Below are positions 35,237-47,200 of a DNA stretch of 64,000 nt, in pieces (positions within the stretch are counted from its first letter, which is position 1; each line of letters opens with the position of its first letter). Below the pieces are notes generated by a model, which was given only the letters and a program-made list of their open reading frames with translations, was not told the origin of the DNA and made no database searches. The translations under genes were made by a program, and so were the position numbers. The stretch spans positions 256,001 through 320,000 of the forward strand of contig JAXDQS010000003.1 of NCBI GenBank assembly GCA_034667725.1. The letters run 5' to 3'. The stretch is from Thermoplasmata archaeon. Lineage in GTDB: Archaea; Thermoplasmatota; E2; JACPAO01; JAHFTW01.

Positions 35237-38200
35237 ATGTCCCAAGTGCGTCGGGCCGTCGTGTCCGCCCGTGCGCTGTCGCAAGCCCGGCCCCTCGTCG
35301 CCCTCCTGGCCCTCCTGATGGTGGTCGCCCCCGCCCTGGCGCCCGCCACCCAGGCCATCACCGTCGGCCCCGCCGACGTGACCCAGGCCGTCCAGGAGGT
35401 CCGCACCACGGCCACCAGCGCCAGCAGCAGCGCCCGCGCCGCCGTCACCGAGGCCGTCCTCGACGCCGCCGACCCCGCCCTCGACCTGGCCCTCGCGGAA
35501 CTGGACCAGGTCGAGGCCGAGGCCAACGCCGCCCGCGACCAGGCGCTGGCGCTCCTGGCCCAGGACGCGGCCTGGCGCGACGAGGTCCGCGCCATCCCCG
35601 AGGCGCTCTACGGCGTCCTGGCGATCCTCGACCAGACCCTTGCCGACGCCCGGCAGGCCGCCGACCCGCGCCCCTACCTCGCGCCGCTTTCGACCCTGGT
35701 CGCCGAGCAGGCCGCCCTGGTCGAAGAGCTGCGCGCGGCGGTCGCGGCCGCCACCGACGTCGCGCCCGACGCCCCGGTCGAGGCCGACGCCCCCGACGAG
35801 CCGACCGAGCAGGAGCACGTCCACGCCGCCGGCTACGGCGAGGAGGAGCACGCCGACGGCCAGGCCGGCCGCGTGTTCGCCGACGACCTGGCGGACGACC
35901 TCGGCCACCGCGCCTACTTCGCGATGGACCGCAACTGGGCCGTCGTCGGCGCCCCCATCAGTGTTGCCTCCCTGAGCAAGCCCGCCGCCACCCTGGCGGG
36001 CGTGCAGTGGCACTTCGACGAGCACCCCATCGCGGGCGTCGGCTTCGTCGGCGGCGACTCCGGCGCCAACGCCGCGGCCATCGTCCCGAGCTTCGAGGGC
36101 GACCGCCTCAGCGTCCGCCCGATGCGCTCCGGCCTGCACCACCTCACCCTCACCGCCACCTGGGAGGACGCCGACGGCACCCACCTCGACCGCGTCACGA
36201 CGCCCATCTACGTCGAGGACCCCGCCATCGCCACCCTCCAGGCGCTGCCGCCCCCCTCCGAGTGGGAGGCCGACGTCGTGGGTGCTCTCACCAGCCTCAA
36301 GCCGGGCGACGCGACGGGTGCAGGCGGCCTGGACGGCCTGCTGCTGCGCGACCGCCCCACGGTCCTCTTGATCTCCGACTTCCTCGGCGGCTACGACCCG
36401 CCCGCGGGTGTCGTCGCCCCGACCCAGGGCGCGCTCGACGCGCTGGCCGAGTCGGTGGCCAGCTTCGACCCGGACGCCGGCCTCGGCCAGATCGAGGCGT
36501 GGGGCGTCACCGACTACGGCGCCGACATCACCCACCACGGCGGCGCCATGGCCGCGACCCTGGTGGAGGCCGGCCTCGCCAACGTCGTGTTCGCAAGCGG
36601 CATCGACCCCGACACCGGCGTCCTCGACCGCGCCGCCATCCGCAACGCGCTGCTGTACGCCCAGCACTCCGGCAACATCGACGCCGTGCTGTGGGGCCTG
36701 CCCGCGAGCGCCTACCTGCCCGGCGTGCTGCAGAACGCCGCCCGCCCCAACCTGAACTTCCAGTCCACCCCCATGCTGCCGCTGGCGGCCGACGCGCCGC
36801 TGCCCGCCGCCGCCCGCGACTGGCGCGCCGCCCCGCTCATGCCGGCCGACACCTCGTCCGTGCTGACCGACCTCATGAAGCTCGGCTTCGCGCTCGACCC
36901 CGGCTCCGACGGCACCGGCCTCATCGGCCGCCTGCACGCCAACCTCGACCAGGTCTACAACCGCTACAAGCCGCTGGTCGAGGCCGTCCACAACGACCTC
37001 CAGTTCGACGCCTTCCTCCAGACCCAGCTGTTGGCGCTGGGCGAGCAGGGCATCCCCACCGTGGTCCCCGCCGAGGAGTGCGCCGCCCTCGCCTCGACCT
37101 ACATGACCGTGCTCGGCCTCGGCCACCTCGTCGGCACCTACACCGTCGCCGCCGGCACCAAGGACGACGGCGTCGACCCCACCAGCTGCAAGGGCCCCGA
37201 CCGCCGCGCCCACGGCCACGGCCAAGGCATCGACTTCGTCGCCGACCCCCGCCCCGCCAAGGCCACCCTGCTGGACGCCGTCCTCCCCGAGGCCCGCCTG
37301 ATTCCCTACGTCGAGGGCTCGCTGGGTGCTGCCGCCAAGGTCGCCGCCAAGCTGGCCGACCTGCGCTTCCGGCTGCGCGACGACGGCCACCCCTGGCAAG
37401 GCCAGGACCTCGCCGGCATCCTTGCCAGCCACGCCGAGTCGAGCGACCTCAGCCCCTGGGCCGAAGGCATCGGCTTCGTCGACGTCGACGGCATCCCCAG
37501 CACGCTGCCGCGCATGTTCGCCCGCCAGACGGGCGTCACCTTCCAGCCGTTCGACCTCGAGGCCGGCAAGGCCACCGGCTTCGCCCAGGTCGTCGTCACC
37601 GGCCCTGACGCCGCCACCGCCCTCGCCACCGCGGCCACCTGGGACGCCGAAGGCGGCACCCAGTGGCGCATGGCGGACGACGGGTGGGGCGGCCGCGCCG
37701 TCGAGCAAGTGACCCCGGAGACGCCGGGCCACATCGGCGTCCACCAAGGCGACAGCGTCGCCACCGCGGTCGCGCCCGACGTCACCATCGTCACGATGGA
37801 GCTGCAGGCCGAGCCCGCGACCACCTCCGGCGGCGGCTGGATGGGCACGCCGTGGGCGCCGCCGCGCGACTGGCTGCTCCCCGGCCTCTACTCGGGCCGC
37901 ACCTGGATCAGCACCTCCGCCGGCGTCCTCCAGCTTCCGATCAACCTCGGCGTCGGCACCATCGTGGACGTGTACCGCTTCCTCGCGCCCGACAAGCCCG
38001 TCGGCGACACGCTGGTCTGCCTCGCGCTCCCCGACATCGTCGGCGACGTGCTGGGCCTGCGCGAGACCAGCCACGAGCTGGGCCTCGACGAGCTCTGCCT
38101 CTACGTCGCCAGCACCGACGTGCACGGCATCGCGCGCTTCTACACGCCGCTGCCGGTCATCCCTTACAAGCTCATCTCCTGGTTCGACGGCCGCTTCAAC

Positions 38201-41200
38201 ACCCGCGGCGGCGGCATCGGCAAGGTGTACCCGCACATCGAGGTCGAGGACGTCGCGTTCCCGCTGCCCCTGAACCTGGCCGGCGCCGCGGCGTTCGCGG
38301 CCGAGGCCGTCGGCTCGGTCGCAGGCTACAACCCCCCGCCGCCCGACCAGCTCCCCGAGGAGGGCCTCCAACTGGGCTGGGCCGAGGTGGACGCCACCCC
38401 GGAGAACGAGACCCACCCCATCTTCGTGCGCGCCGACCTGCCCTACCCGCTGCTGTACGTCCCGATCAACATGACGTTCCAGCTCGCGATCGCCGTCAAC
38501 TGGCGCTACCGCGACAACATGGAGACCGACCACTTCGTCCCCGTGGCCACCACCGACGTCCTGGGCGTCCTCGACCTGCTCTCCGGCGGCCGCCTGCCCG
38601 GCTTCGTCAGCGACGTCTACTTCGAGGCCGTCCAGACCAGCGACGTGCTCACCAAGGCCGCCCAAGGCATCGAGGCGCAAGTGCTCGGCGCCGCCACCGA
38701 CCTGCCTGGCCTCAACGGCACCATCCTCGACGACATCCTCGGCCAAGGCGTCCTCAAGTCGCTGCCCGCCCTCAGCGACGTCCCCGGCACCTGCAGCTGG
38801 GGCTACGGCCATGCCACCAGCCCCGCGCTGACGCCCGAGATGGCGCCCATCCTGGCCGCCGACGACCACGCCGGCTGGAGTGCTGCCAGCTTCCTTGCCG
38901 ACAAGGTCCGCCCCGCCGTCGACCGCGAGGCCAAGGACCCCAACCAGTTCGCCTGGCCCGACACCCTGACGATGCGCAGCCGGCCCACCATCGAGAACCT
39001 GCTCACGATGGGCCTCAGCCTGCCGCTGTGCACCGCGGCCTACCCGTTCAACGTCCCGCAGCCGAACTACTACCCCACCTCCGTCGTCCACTCGTTCAAC
39101 CTCGGCATGGAGAACACCATCCTCATCGTCTGCATCTCCGCCGGCATGGACACGGTGTGCTGGATCATCCTCGCCGGCCCCGAAGGCCCCGCCATCATCG
39201 TGCCGTGGGACCTGGACGCCAAGCTGCGCGAGCTGCTGAAGGAAGCCAACGGCCTCGTCAACTTCGGCATCGAGCCGCTGCCCGAGCCCGCCGACCCGAC
39301 CCTCGCGGACCTCACCGCCGGCATCCGCGGCCTCGCCAACGTCCCGCAGCTCAACGTGGACCTGCCCGTCCTGCCCGGCATCCAGGTCGGCGGGGACGGC
39401 GGCCGCATCACGCTGGCCACCGACCTCGTCACGGCCGGCGCCCAGAGCGGCCTCATCACCTACACCGCCATCCCGCTCGCGGTCGCCGACACCGGCCTGC
39501 TGGACCCCATCGTGGGCATCCTCACGGCCAACGGCATCGACGTCGCAAGCCTCGCCCGCAGCGCCCGCATCGACATGGGACTGCCCGGCGGCGGCCTCGT
39601 CGACGGCGCCGTCAACGTCACCGCCGACCTGCCCGCCCTGCTGCGCGACTCGATCCAGGACCTCCTGGGCATCGAGTCCAAGGTCGCCATCTCGCGCGGC
39701 AGCCTCGACCTCAACGCCTGGTGGTGGGACGACTCGTTCTTCGACGCCCCCATCGCCCTCAACGCCCACCTGCCCCGCTCCACCACGACCGACTGCCTCC
39801 GGAGCTGGGACGTCGCCACCGACCCGGACCTCATGGCCGGCCCGCGCTGGCCCGCCGACGGCGACGACCCGACCTGCCTGCGCGACGCCGACGGCGACAT
39901 CGTCCTCCAGTCCGGCACCGTCGGCACCCCGAACGGCGGCTTCGACCTCGGCGAGGACTGGTGGTGGCGCACCTTCCCCAACGTGGACCGCCAATTGTTC
40001 GAGCGCGGCATGCGCTACTGGGACCCCGCGACCCTGGTGCCCGACCGCGCCGCCATGCAGGCCGACGGCTACCCGTGGGCCCAGCCCGAGATGTTCGAGG
40101 TGCTGCTGGAGCAGTTCGACGACGAGGAGATCACCGGCACGCTCCCGAACCAGAACCACTTCCACGCCGGCAACGGCCACAACGCCCACGACTTCGTCAG
40201 CACCGCCGCCCACTGCACCCGCGAGCAGGTCTACGACACCATCACCGGCGACCCGCTCCTGAACGAGAACGGCGAATACTGCTACGAGGGCCTGCTGGCG
40301 TTCGAGGAGGGCAACGGCTACCTGTTCCACGACAACACCCGCGACGGCTCCGGCATCTACGACCCGGACATGGGCCTCGGCGGCGTCGACGCGAAGCTGC
40401 TCCCGCTGCTGGACCTGCTCGGCGCCCCCACCGTGGCCAACCCCGTCGTCTGGTCGCTCGGCTTCGAGTGGGGCGGCACCCGCGCCACCACGCCGGGCCT
40501 GGTCGAGAACGTCACCGGCCACGACCCGCGCGAGCTCGACTGGTGGTCCCGCGGCGTGAGCTTCACCGCCAACCGCACCATCTACTCGGACCAATACAGC
40601 AACACGACGCTGCTCTTGGGCGACCACTTCAAGCCGTGCGAGGAGATCTCGCTGTTCAGCCGCGCCCCATTGTTCCGCATGGACGGCGTCTACGACAAAC
40701 GCCCGCGCTGGCAGGTCGCCTGCCCCATGCTGCCCGGCCCCACCGCCGTGCTGGCCCGCCAGGCCGACCCGACCCTCCCCGTGGGCTACGTGCCCGCCGG
40801 CTTCGCCGACCCCGCGGCGCCCGCCTACTGGGACTGGCAGCCGCGCCGCATGGACATGGGCCCCGACGCGCAGCTGCTGACGGCGCCCACCGTCGACGGC
40901 TGGGTCCAGGACGGCCCGCTGCTGGCGCCCTGGCTGGAGGCGCCCAGCGAGGCGCCCGAAGGCCAGGCGTGGTTCGCCAACGAGGGCGTCCGCTGCCGCC
41001 GCGAGCGCTGGATGGGCTGGGCCCCTGGCGCCGACGCGCAGGCGCGCCAGGCCGCCATCGTGCGCTTCTACGGCCAGCAGGCGCAGGACGTCCACGAGGT
41101 GCGCGTCGTCGTGCCCGAGGCCGGCCGCAGCAGCCTGTCCGGCTTCAAGGACGAGTGCGCCACCTATGACGGCTGGACCTACTGGGTCCGCGCCGACGTC

Positions 41201-44200
41201 GGCTTCAACGGCGGCGCCGTGCCGCGCTGGAACGCCTACATCCGCAACCTGCACCCGCTCTACAGCAACGGCACCTTCGCCGTCAACCTGGAGGCGTGGA
41301 ACCAGTGCCGCGCCACCGCCGACCACAAGCTCGACGGCTGGTCGTGCGCGGCCCCCGACCCGATCGCCCAGGCATGGCGCGACCTCCTGGCCCAGGCCGC
41401 CGTGCGCCACGAGGAGTACGTGCAGCCGACGACGGGTGCTGCCGTCACCACGCCCCTCACGGACGACGTGGTGGACCGCTACTGGGTCGCCAAGGCGCTC
41501 GACTTCTTCGGCATGAACGTCCAGGAGTCCGGCTACGACTACGACGGCGCCACCGACCCGACGGCGGCGCCCGCCGGCGTGCCCGTCGGCCCCGACCGCA
41601 CCGAGCGCGTCGTCACCGTGCCCCTGGCCGCCAACCCCGACGGCTGGTATGGCCTGAGCCCCGACGCCACCGAATGGGACGCCTTGTTCCACAACCTGGG
41701 GTTGCGCCAGGCCGACTGGAACCCCAACGACCCCAGCGTGCAAGTGGGCGGCATGGCGCTGCTGCAAGACTCGCTGGCCGACCTGTCGTTCCTGCTGCGC
41801 GCCTACCTCGAAGGCGACCAGGCCGCCGCGCTCGCGTGGCTGGCCTCGGAGCGTGCCCACCCGACGCTGGCAGACCCTGAGATCCGCAAGGCCGACTACT
41901 ACGAGGCCGCCCCCGCCTGGACCGGCGCCACCACCGGCCCCAACCCGTTCTGGACCGACGTGTCCGGCCACCTCGTGCCCTACGTCGAGCTCGACCGCCC
42001 CCGCCGCGACCCGACCGGCGCCCCCTGCGTCGGCCACTTCTGGCTCGGCGAGTGCCATCGCTTCGAGGTCAAGATGGACGCTGGCGACCTCACCGGCATC
42101 CGCGCCGCCGGCCCGTGGGAGAAGGACCGCGCCGCCAACGGCGCCCCGCTTCCCAAGGACAAGACCGCCTTCATCCCGCAAGGCTCCTCCTACGCCCGCT
42201 GGAACCGCCAGCACCGCGTCCCCGTCGACCTCGCCGTCGACGGCGGCCTCGCCATCGACGAGCTGCACGCGCTGCCCGCCACCGTGTCGTCCTGCCCCGG
42301 CGCGGCCACCGATTTCTGGATCCGCACCGCCGAGGCCCGGCACGCCCCCGACGGCTGGACCGCCGCGTTCCTTGGCCCCGCCGGCGCCCCCACCGCCAGC
42401 CTGCCCGGCTGGTGGACGATGACCGCGTGCGCCGTCGACACGACGCCCTGGGAGGCCTGGGCCGCCCTGGTCCACTTCGAGCCCGGCGCCCACACCGACC
42501 CCGTGTCGTACGCGCTGCCGCCCGCCCTCGGCGCGGCGTTGCTGCCCGGCGACGACGTCGGCGCCGTCAAGCTGCTGCACGCCTACTACACGTTCGGCGA
42601 GACCGACCCCAACGACCCGATCGGCAAGGCCCGCGTCACCGTCACCACGCGGGAGGCGCCCAGCGCCGAGCACCCGCTCGGCCGCGACCTCGGCTGCTGG
42701 ATCGACCGCCGCGCCCAGCACGGCACCGTGCCCCACCTGGAGTTCCGCCAGTTCGACACGACGTTCTGGAACGGCGTGGTCCGCAGCGGCTTCTACCACA
42801 ACGTCGAGGAGAACGCCCACCAGTCGTGGAACGGCGTCTCCGGCCTCGGCGGCCTGCTGTCGGGCGACGACTACGACGCCCAGTACGATGAGCCGGTGCC
42901 CGCGACCCGCTACGGCCCCTGGTGCGTCGTCCCCGGCGAGGGCGGCGACCCCGTCCTGGTGCCCGCCCGCAGCGACCGCGAATACATCCAGCAGCGCCTT
43001 GCGTGGAACATGCAGGGCGGCACCCGGCACGCCAACCGCACCATGCTGGCGCCCGCCAACCCGTTCGGCCCTGTCGGCCGCCCGATGGAGGACAGCCCGC
43101 TGCAGCTCGACGTCGGCGCCCTCCTGCGCCTGCTCGATGCCCTGCTGAACGACGTCACAGCCCTTGCCGACCTCGGCATCCCGGTGCCCGACCTGAGCGG
43201 CGCCGTCGCAGGCGTCGTCGCGGACACCCGCCTCCTCAACCACACGGGCGACATCGCCCAGGCCGCCAAGGATCTGCGCACCACGCTGGAGGCGCTGCCC
43301 ATCGACATCGGCATCGAGGCGTCGGCGCCGGACCTGGTCCGCTTCGACCTCGCAAGCCCCGTCGTGCCCCTGGCCCGCGTCAGCATCGCCAGCGACGTCA
43401 CCGTCGCCGAGGCGGCGCTGCGCCAGACGCACAGCTTCCCGCCCGGCACGCAAGGCATCTTCCTGGCGTCGCTCGACGGCGAGACCTGGCATCACCTGCC
43501 CGGCCGGCTGCGCGTCGGCGTCACCAGCGGCGACGCCGAAGCCGGCGAGCGCATGGAGTTCCTCGACCTGAGCGCCTTCCGCGGCCAGAGCGTCCTTTTG
43601 GGCACCCAGTTGCTGGGCGCCGGCTGGGGCGACGCCTCCTGGCGCATCGACGGCCTGCAGGCCTACGGCACGGGGGTCGCCACCGGCGTCGGCCCTGCCA
43701 TGGACGCCTTCCCGGGCAGCCTGGGCGGCGCCGTCGCGTTCGACCCGCCGCACACGCCCGGCCAGACCTGGGCGTCGCTCGGCGCGCTGGCGCCCGGCTC
43801 CGTCGTCCACCTCAAGGCGCCCCTCACCATCCCGACCGGCCAGACCCTGACGCTCAACGGCGTCAAGCTGGTGGCGGGCCGCTGCGGCGCCGCCGCCTGC
43901 GCCATCACCGTCGATGGCACGCTGCGGATGACCGGCGGCGAGATCGCGCCGGCCACGGTCGCCGCGCCCGACGCCAGCCAGGTCGCCCAAGGCGCCCTCG
44001 TGCAGGTGCACGGCCTGCTGGAGGCCAGCGGCACCACGCTGCGCGGCCTGCTCGGCGGCATCCACGTCCTCGGCGGCAAGCTCGTTGCCCGCGACTGCTG
44101 GGTCGTCGACACCGGCGTCCTCGGCATCGCGAGCCTGTTCGGCGAGCTCGACGTCCAAGACTGCGTCTTCATGGGCCAGACCGTCGGCCTCTACACCCTC

Positions 44201-47200
44201 GGCAGCCGCGTCCGAGTCGAGGACAACCTGTTCGCGCGCATGGACCGCGTCGCCGGCGCCTTCGACGACTCGTGGGGCACCCTCCGCGGCAACGCTGTGC
44301 TGCACGCCGAGAAGGCCGGCTTCCTCGTCAAGGGCATCCTCGGCGCCCAGAACCTCGCCATCCTCGACAACGTCGTGCGCGAGACCTCCACCGGCATGGG
44401 CAGCCTGTTCGCCCTCGAGCAGCGCATCCTCGCCCTCGACCCGCTGCACGGCGGCGTCCCGCTGTCGGCCCGCACCCGCTACCAAGGCAACGACATCGAG
44501 TTCGCCACCCTGGAGGGCCTGTTCGCCAGCGACCTGGCGGCACCCTACTTCGTCGGCAACGACGTGACCCACGACGGCTACGGCGCCACCAACGGCATGC
44601 TGTCGGACGGCGCGTTCCACCACAACAGCCTGTACACCAACTTCAACGGCTGGATGGACCCCGTGCGCGCCGACCCGCCGCAAGGCGACGCCTGGTTCGA
44701 GGCCGGCAACGCGCCGCGGCCGTTCGCGCCGCCGGTGCGCCGCGGCCCCGTCCCCGAGGACGGCAACCTCCTGGGCGGCGCCCGCGGCCACTCGGTGGCC
44801 CCCGGCGCGATGGACTACAACTACTGGGGCCCGGAGCGCGTCGGCGGCTCGCCCGAAGGCCGCGTCCCCAAGGGCCCCGGCGGCTTCCGCCTGGCGGCCC
44901 CGCCCGACAAGCCGATGATGGCGGCCCTGACCGCGCCGGCCTACGGCGGCGGCGCCCTGCCGGACCTGCTCGACGCCACCGGCGGCGTCCTCGACCCCGC
45001 CACCGACATCCTCGGCGTCGGCGGCGACAGCCAGCCCTTCGCCGGCCTGCCCGACCTGGTGGACGTCGACCAAGTGAAGCTTGGCCTGTTCCGCGACCGG
45101 CTCGTGCCGCTCGAGGTGGACGTGCCGCCCGGCGTCACCGCGGTCACCGTCCAGGCCACGTTCCGCGAGACCGGCTTCATGCAGGCGCTCCAGATCGCCG
45201 ACCTGGACGAGCTGGCCGACACCTCGTTGGAGGAGTTCGTGGGCAGCCTGCGCGACCTCGTCGGCACCATCGTGGACGACCCCGCCGTCACCCGCACCGA
45301 GACCTGGACCCTCACCGTCCCGGGCGGCCAGTCGCACGCCGGCCGGACCTTCGCGTTTGACGGCATCCGCGAGGCCTACGTCGACGTCGAGGTGGCGAGC
45401 TTCACCGTGGACCCCGCCCTGTGGAGCCCCGCCCGGATGGCCGCCATGGGCGCCGTCGCCGTAGGCACGAACGCCTACCAGGGCGACGTGCTTCTCACCA
45501 AGGACGTCCGCGTCCACAACTCGATCACCTGGCCCCTGCTGCTGGACCTGACGACCCTCGTGCACGACCTCACCTTCACGGTCGTCAACGAGACCCTGGC
45601 CACCTTCGACCAGACGGTGCTCGGCGTCGGGCTCACGGCCTCCATCGACGGCGCCAGCAACGCCGGCCTGCCGGTCCTCCCCATGCCGGACGGCACCCTG
45701 CCGCTGCACGGCGTCCCCGACCTCCTGACATTGGCCAAAGACCAGGACCCCGTGCGCGGCATCGAGGCCCGCTTCGAGCTCGGCGCCGACGCCACCGCCC
45801 TCGCGGGCGTCCTCACCGGCATCGGCATGGACAAGAGTGTTGCCCTGCCCGACGTGCCCGAGGGCCTGACCCTGGCCGTCGAGGCCCGCGCCATGGACGC
45901 CAGCAACCTGGTGTCCCCGTGGGTCGGCGTCCGCCTGCTCACCGACCTGCACCCGCCCGCCATCGCGCTCGACAGCGAATGCCTGTCGGACACGCAAGGC
46001 GGCGTGCCCTACGAGGTCCACGAATGGCGCGGCACGGGCTGGACCGCGGCGCACCGCGCCAGCGGCGTCAGCAACGTCGCCATCCGTGTCGCCCCGGCCA
46101 TCGAGGTCGAAGGCGGCCCGCAGCCGTTCCGCGTCGACCTGCCGTTCCCCGGCGACGACGTCACGGGCGCCATCCCGATCCCCTCCTACGGCATGGTCGA
46201 CGGCATGGTGTACCAGGTCCGCGGTGTTGCCCAGGACCGCGCCGGCAACGCCGGCAGCGACGAGCTGACCCGCCTCGTGGTGGACCTGTCCGGCCCGCGC
46301 ATCCAGCTCGGCACCCTGCTCGACGCCATCGTCAGCCGCGCCCAGTCGGGCAAGCCGTTCGTCGGCCTCGGCGACCTGGTGGGCGGCAAGCTCGCCATCC
46401 GCGTCGACGTCGACGACGGCCCCACCGCGGTCGCGGAGGCGCTGCGGAACTCGTGCGGCCTCTTGGAGGCCAGCCTGGAGATGCGCACCGCCGCCAACGG
46501 CCCCTGGACCACCCTGGCCTCCTGGTCGGGCGACTCGGGCGCCAACCACGCCGACCTCGACCACGACCTCGACGTCGCCGCCGCCCTGAGCGGCCGCTAC
46601 CTCGAGCTTCGGGTGCGCGCCCGCGACGGCGCCAACCACCAGGCCGAGGCGACCACCGGCAACCTGCTGGCCGACCTGACCATCCCCGTGCCCATCGTCC
46701 TGCCCGACCTGCCCGCCTGCGTCGGCGACACCCTCGGCACCGTCGCCGTCCAATGGGGCGGCCGCGAGCTCATCCCCACGGGCGGCCTGGCCGGCAGCGG
46801 CCTCGCCTCCGGCGAGCTGGTCGCCCTCAAGGGCGCCGCCACGACGACGCTCGACCAGTTCACGGCGCCCGTCGGCACCATGGCCGTGCAACAGCCGTAC
46901 AGCCTCGACCCCGTCGCCCGCCTCACCGACGGCAGCTACGTCCTGGCCGTCCGCCTGCACGACCACGCCGGCAACAGCCAGCTCTGGAGCAGCGTCAGCG
47001 GGCTCACCCCCGCCCAGGCCGCGGAGGCCGTCGCCCTCGGCGCCCTCGCCGTGGACCCGCACGACCCCGTGCTCACGGAGCAGACGTTCCGCCACTGGGA
47101 AGGCACGGTCGCCAGTCTCCTCACGAGCGACCCGCTCAACGGCGACCTCGTCAACGTCGACGCCGCCATTGACGACGCCCTGGCCGGGATCTACAGCTGC

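Noticed and set aside
35237-35270. Tat signal (VRRAVV) on the giant protein
   Set aside because: Poor match to S/T-R-R-x-F-L, and a folded protein of this size is an unlikely Tat substrate; Sec export is more plausible
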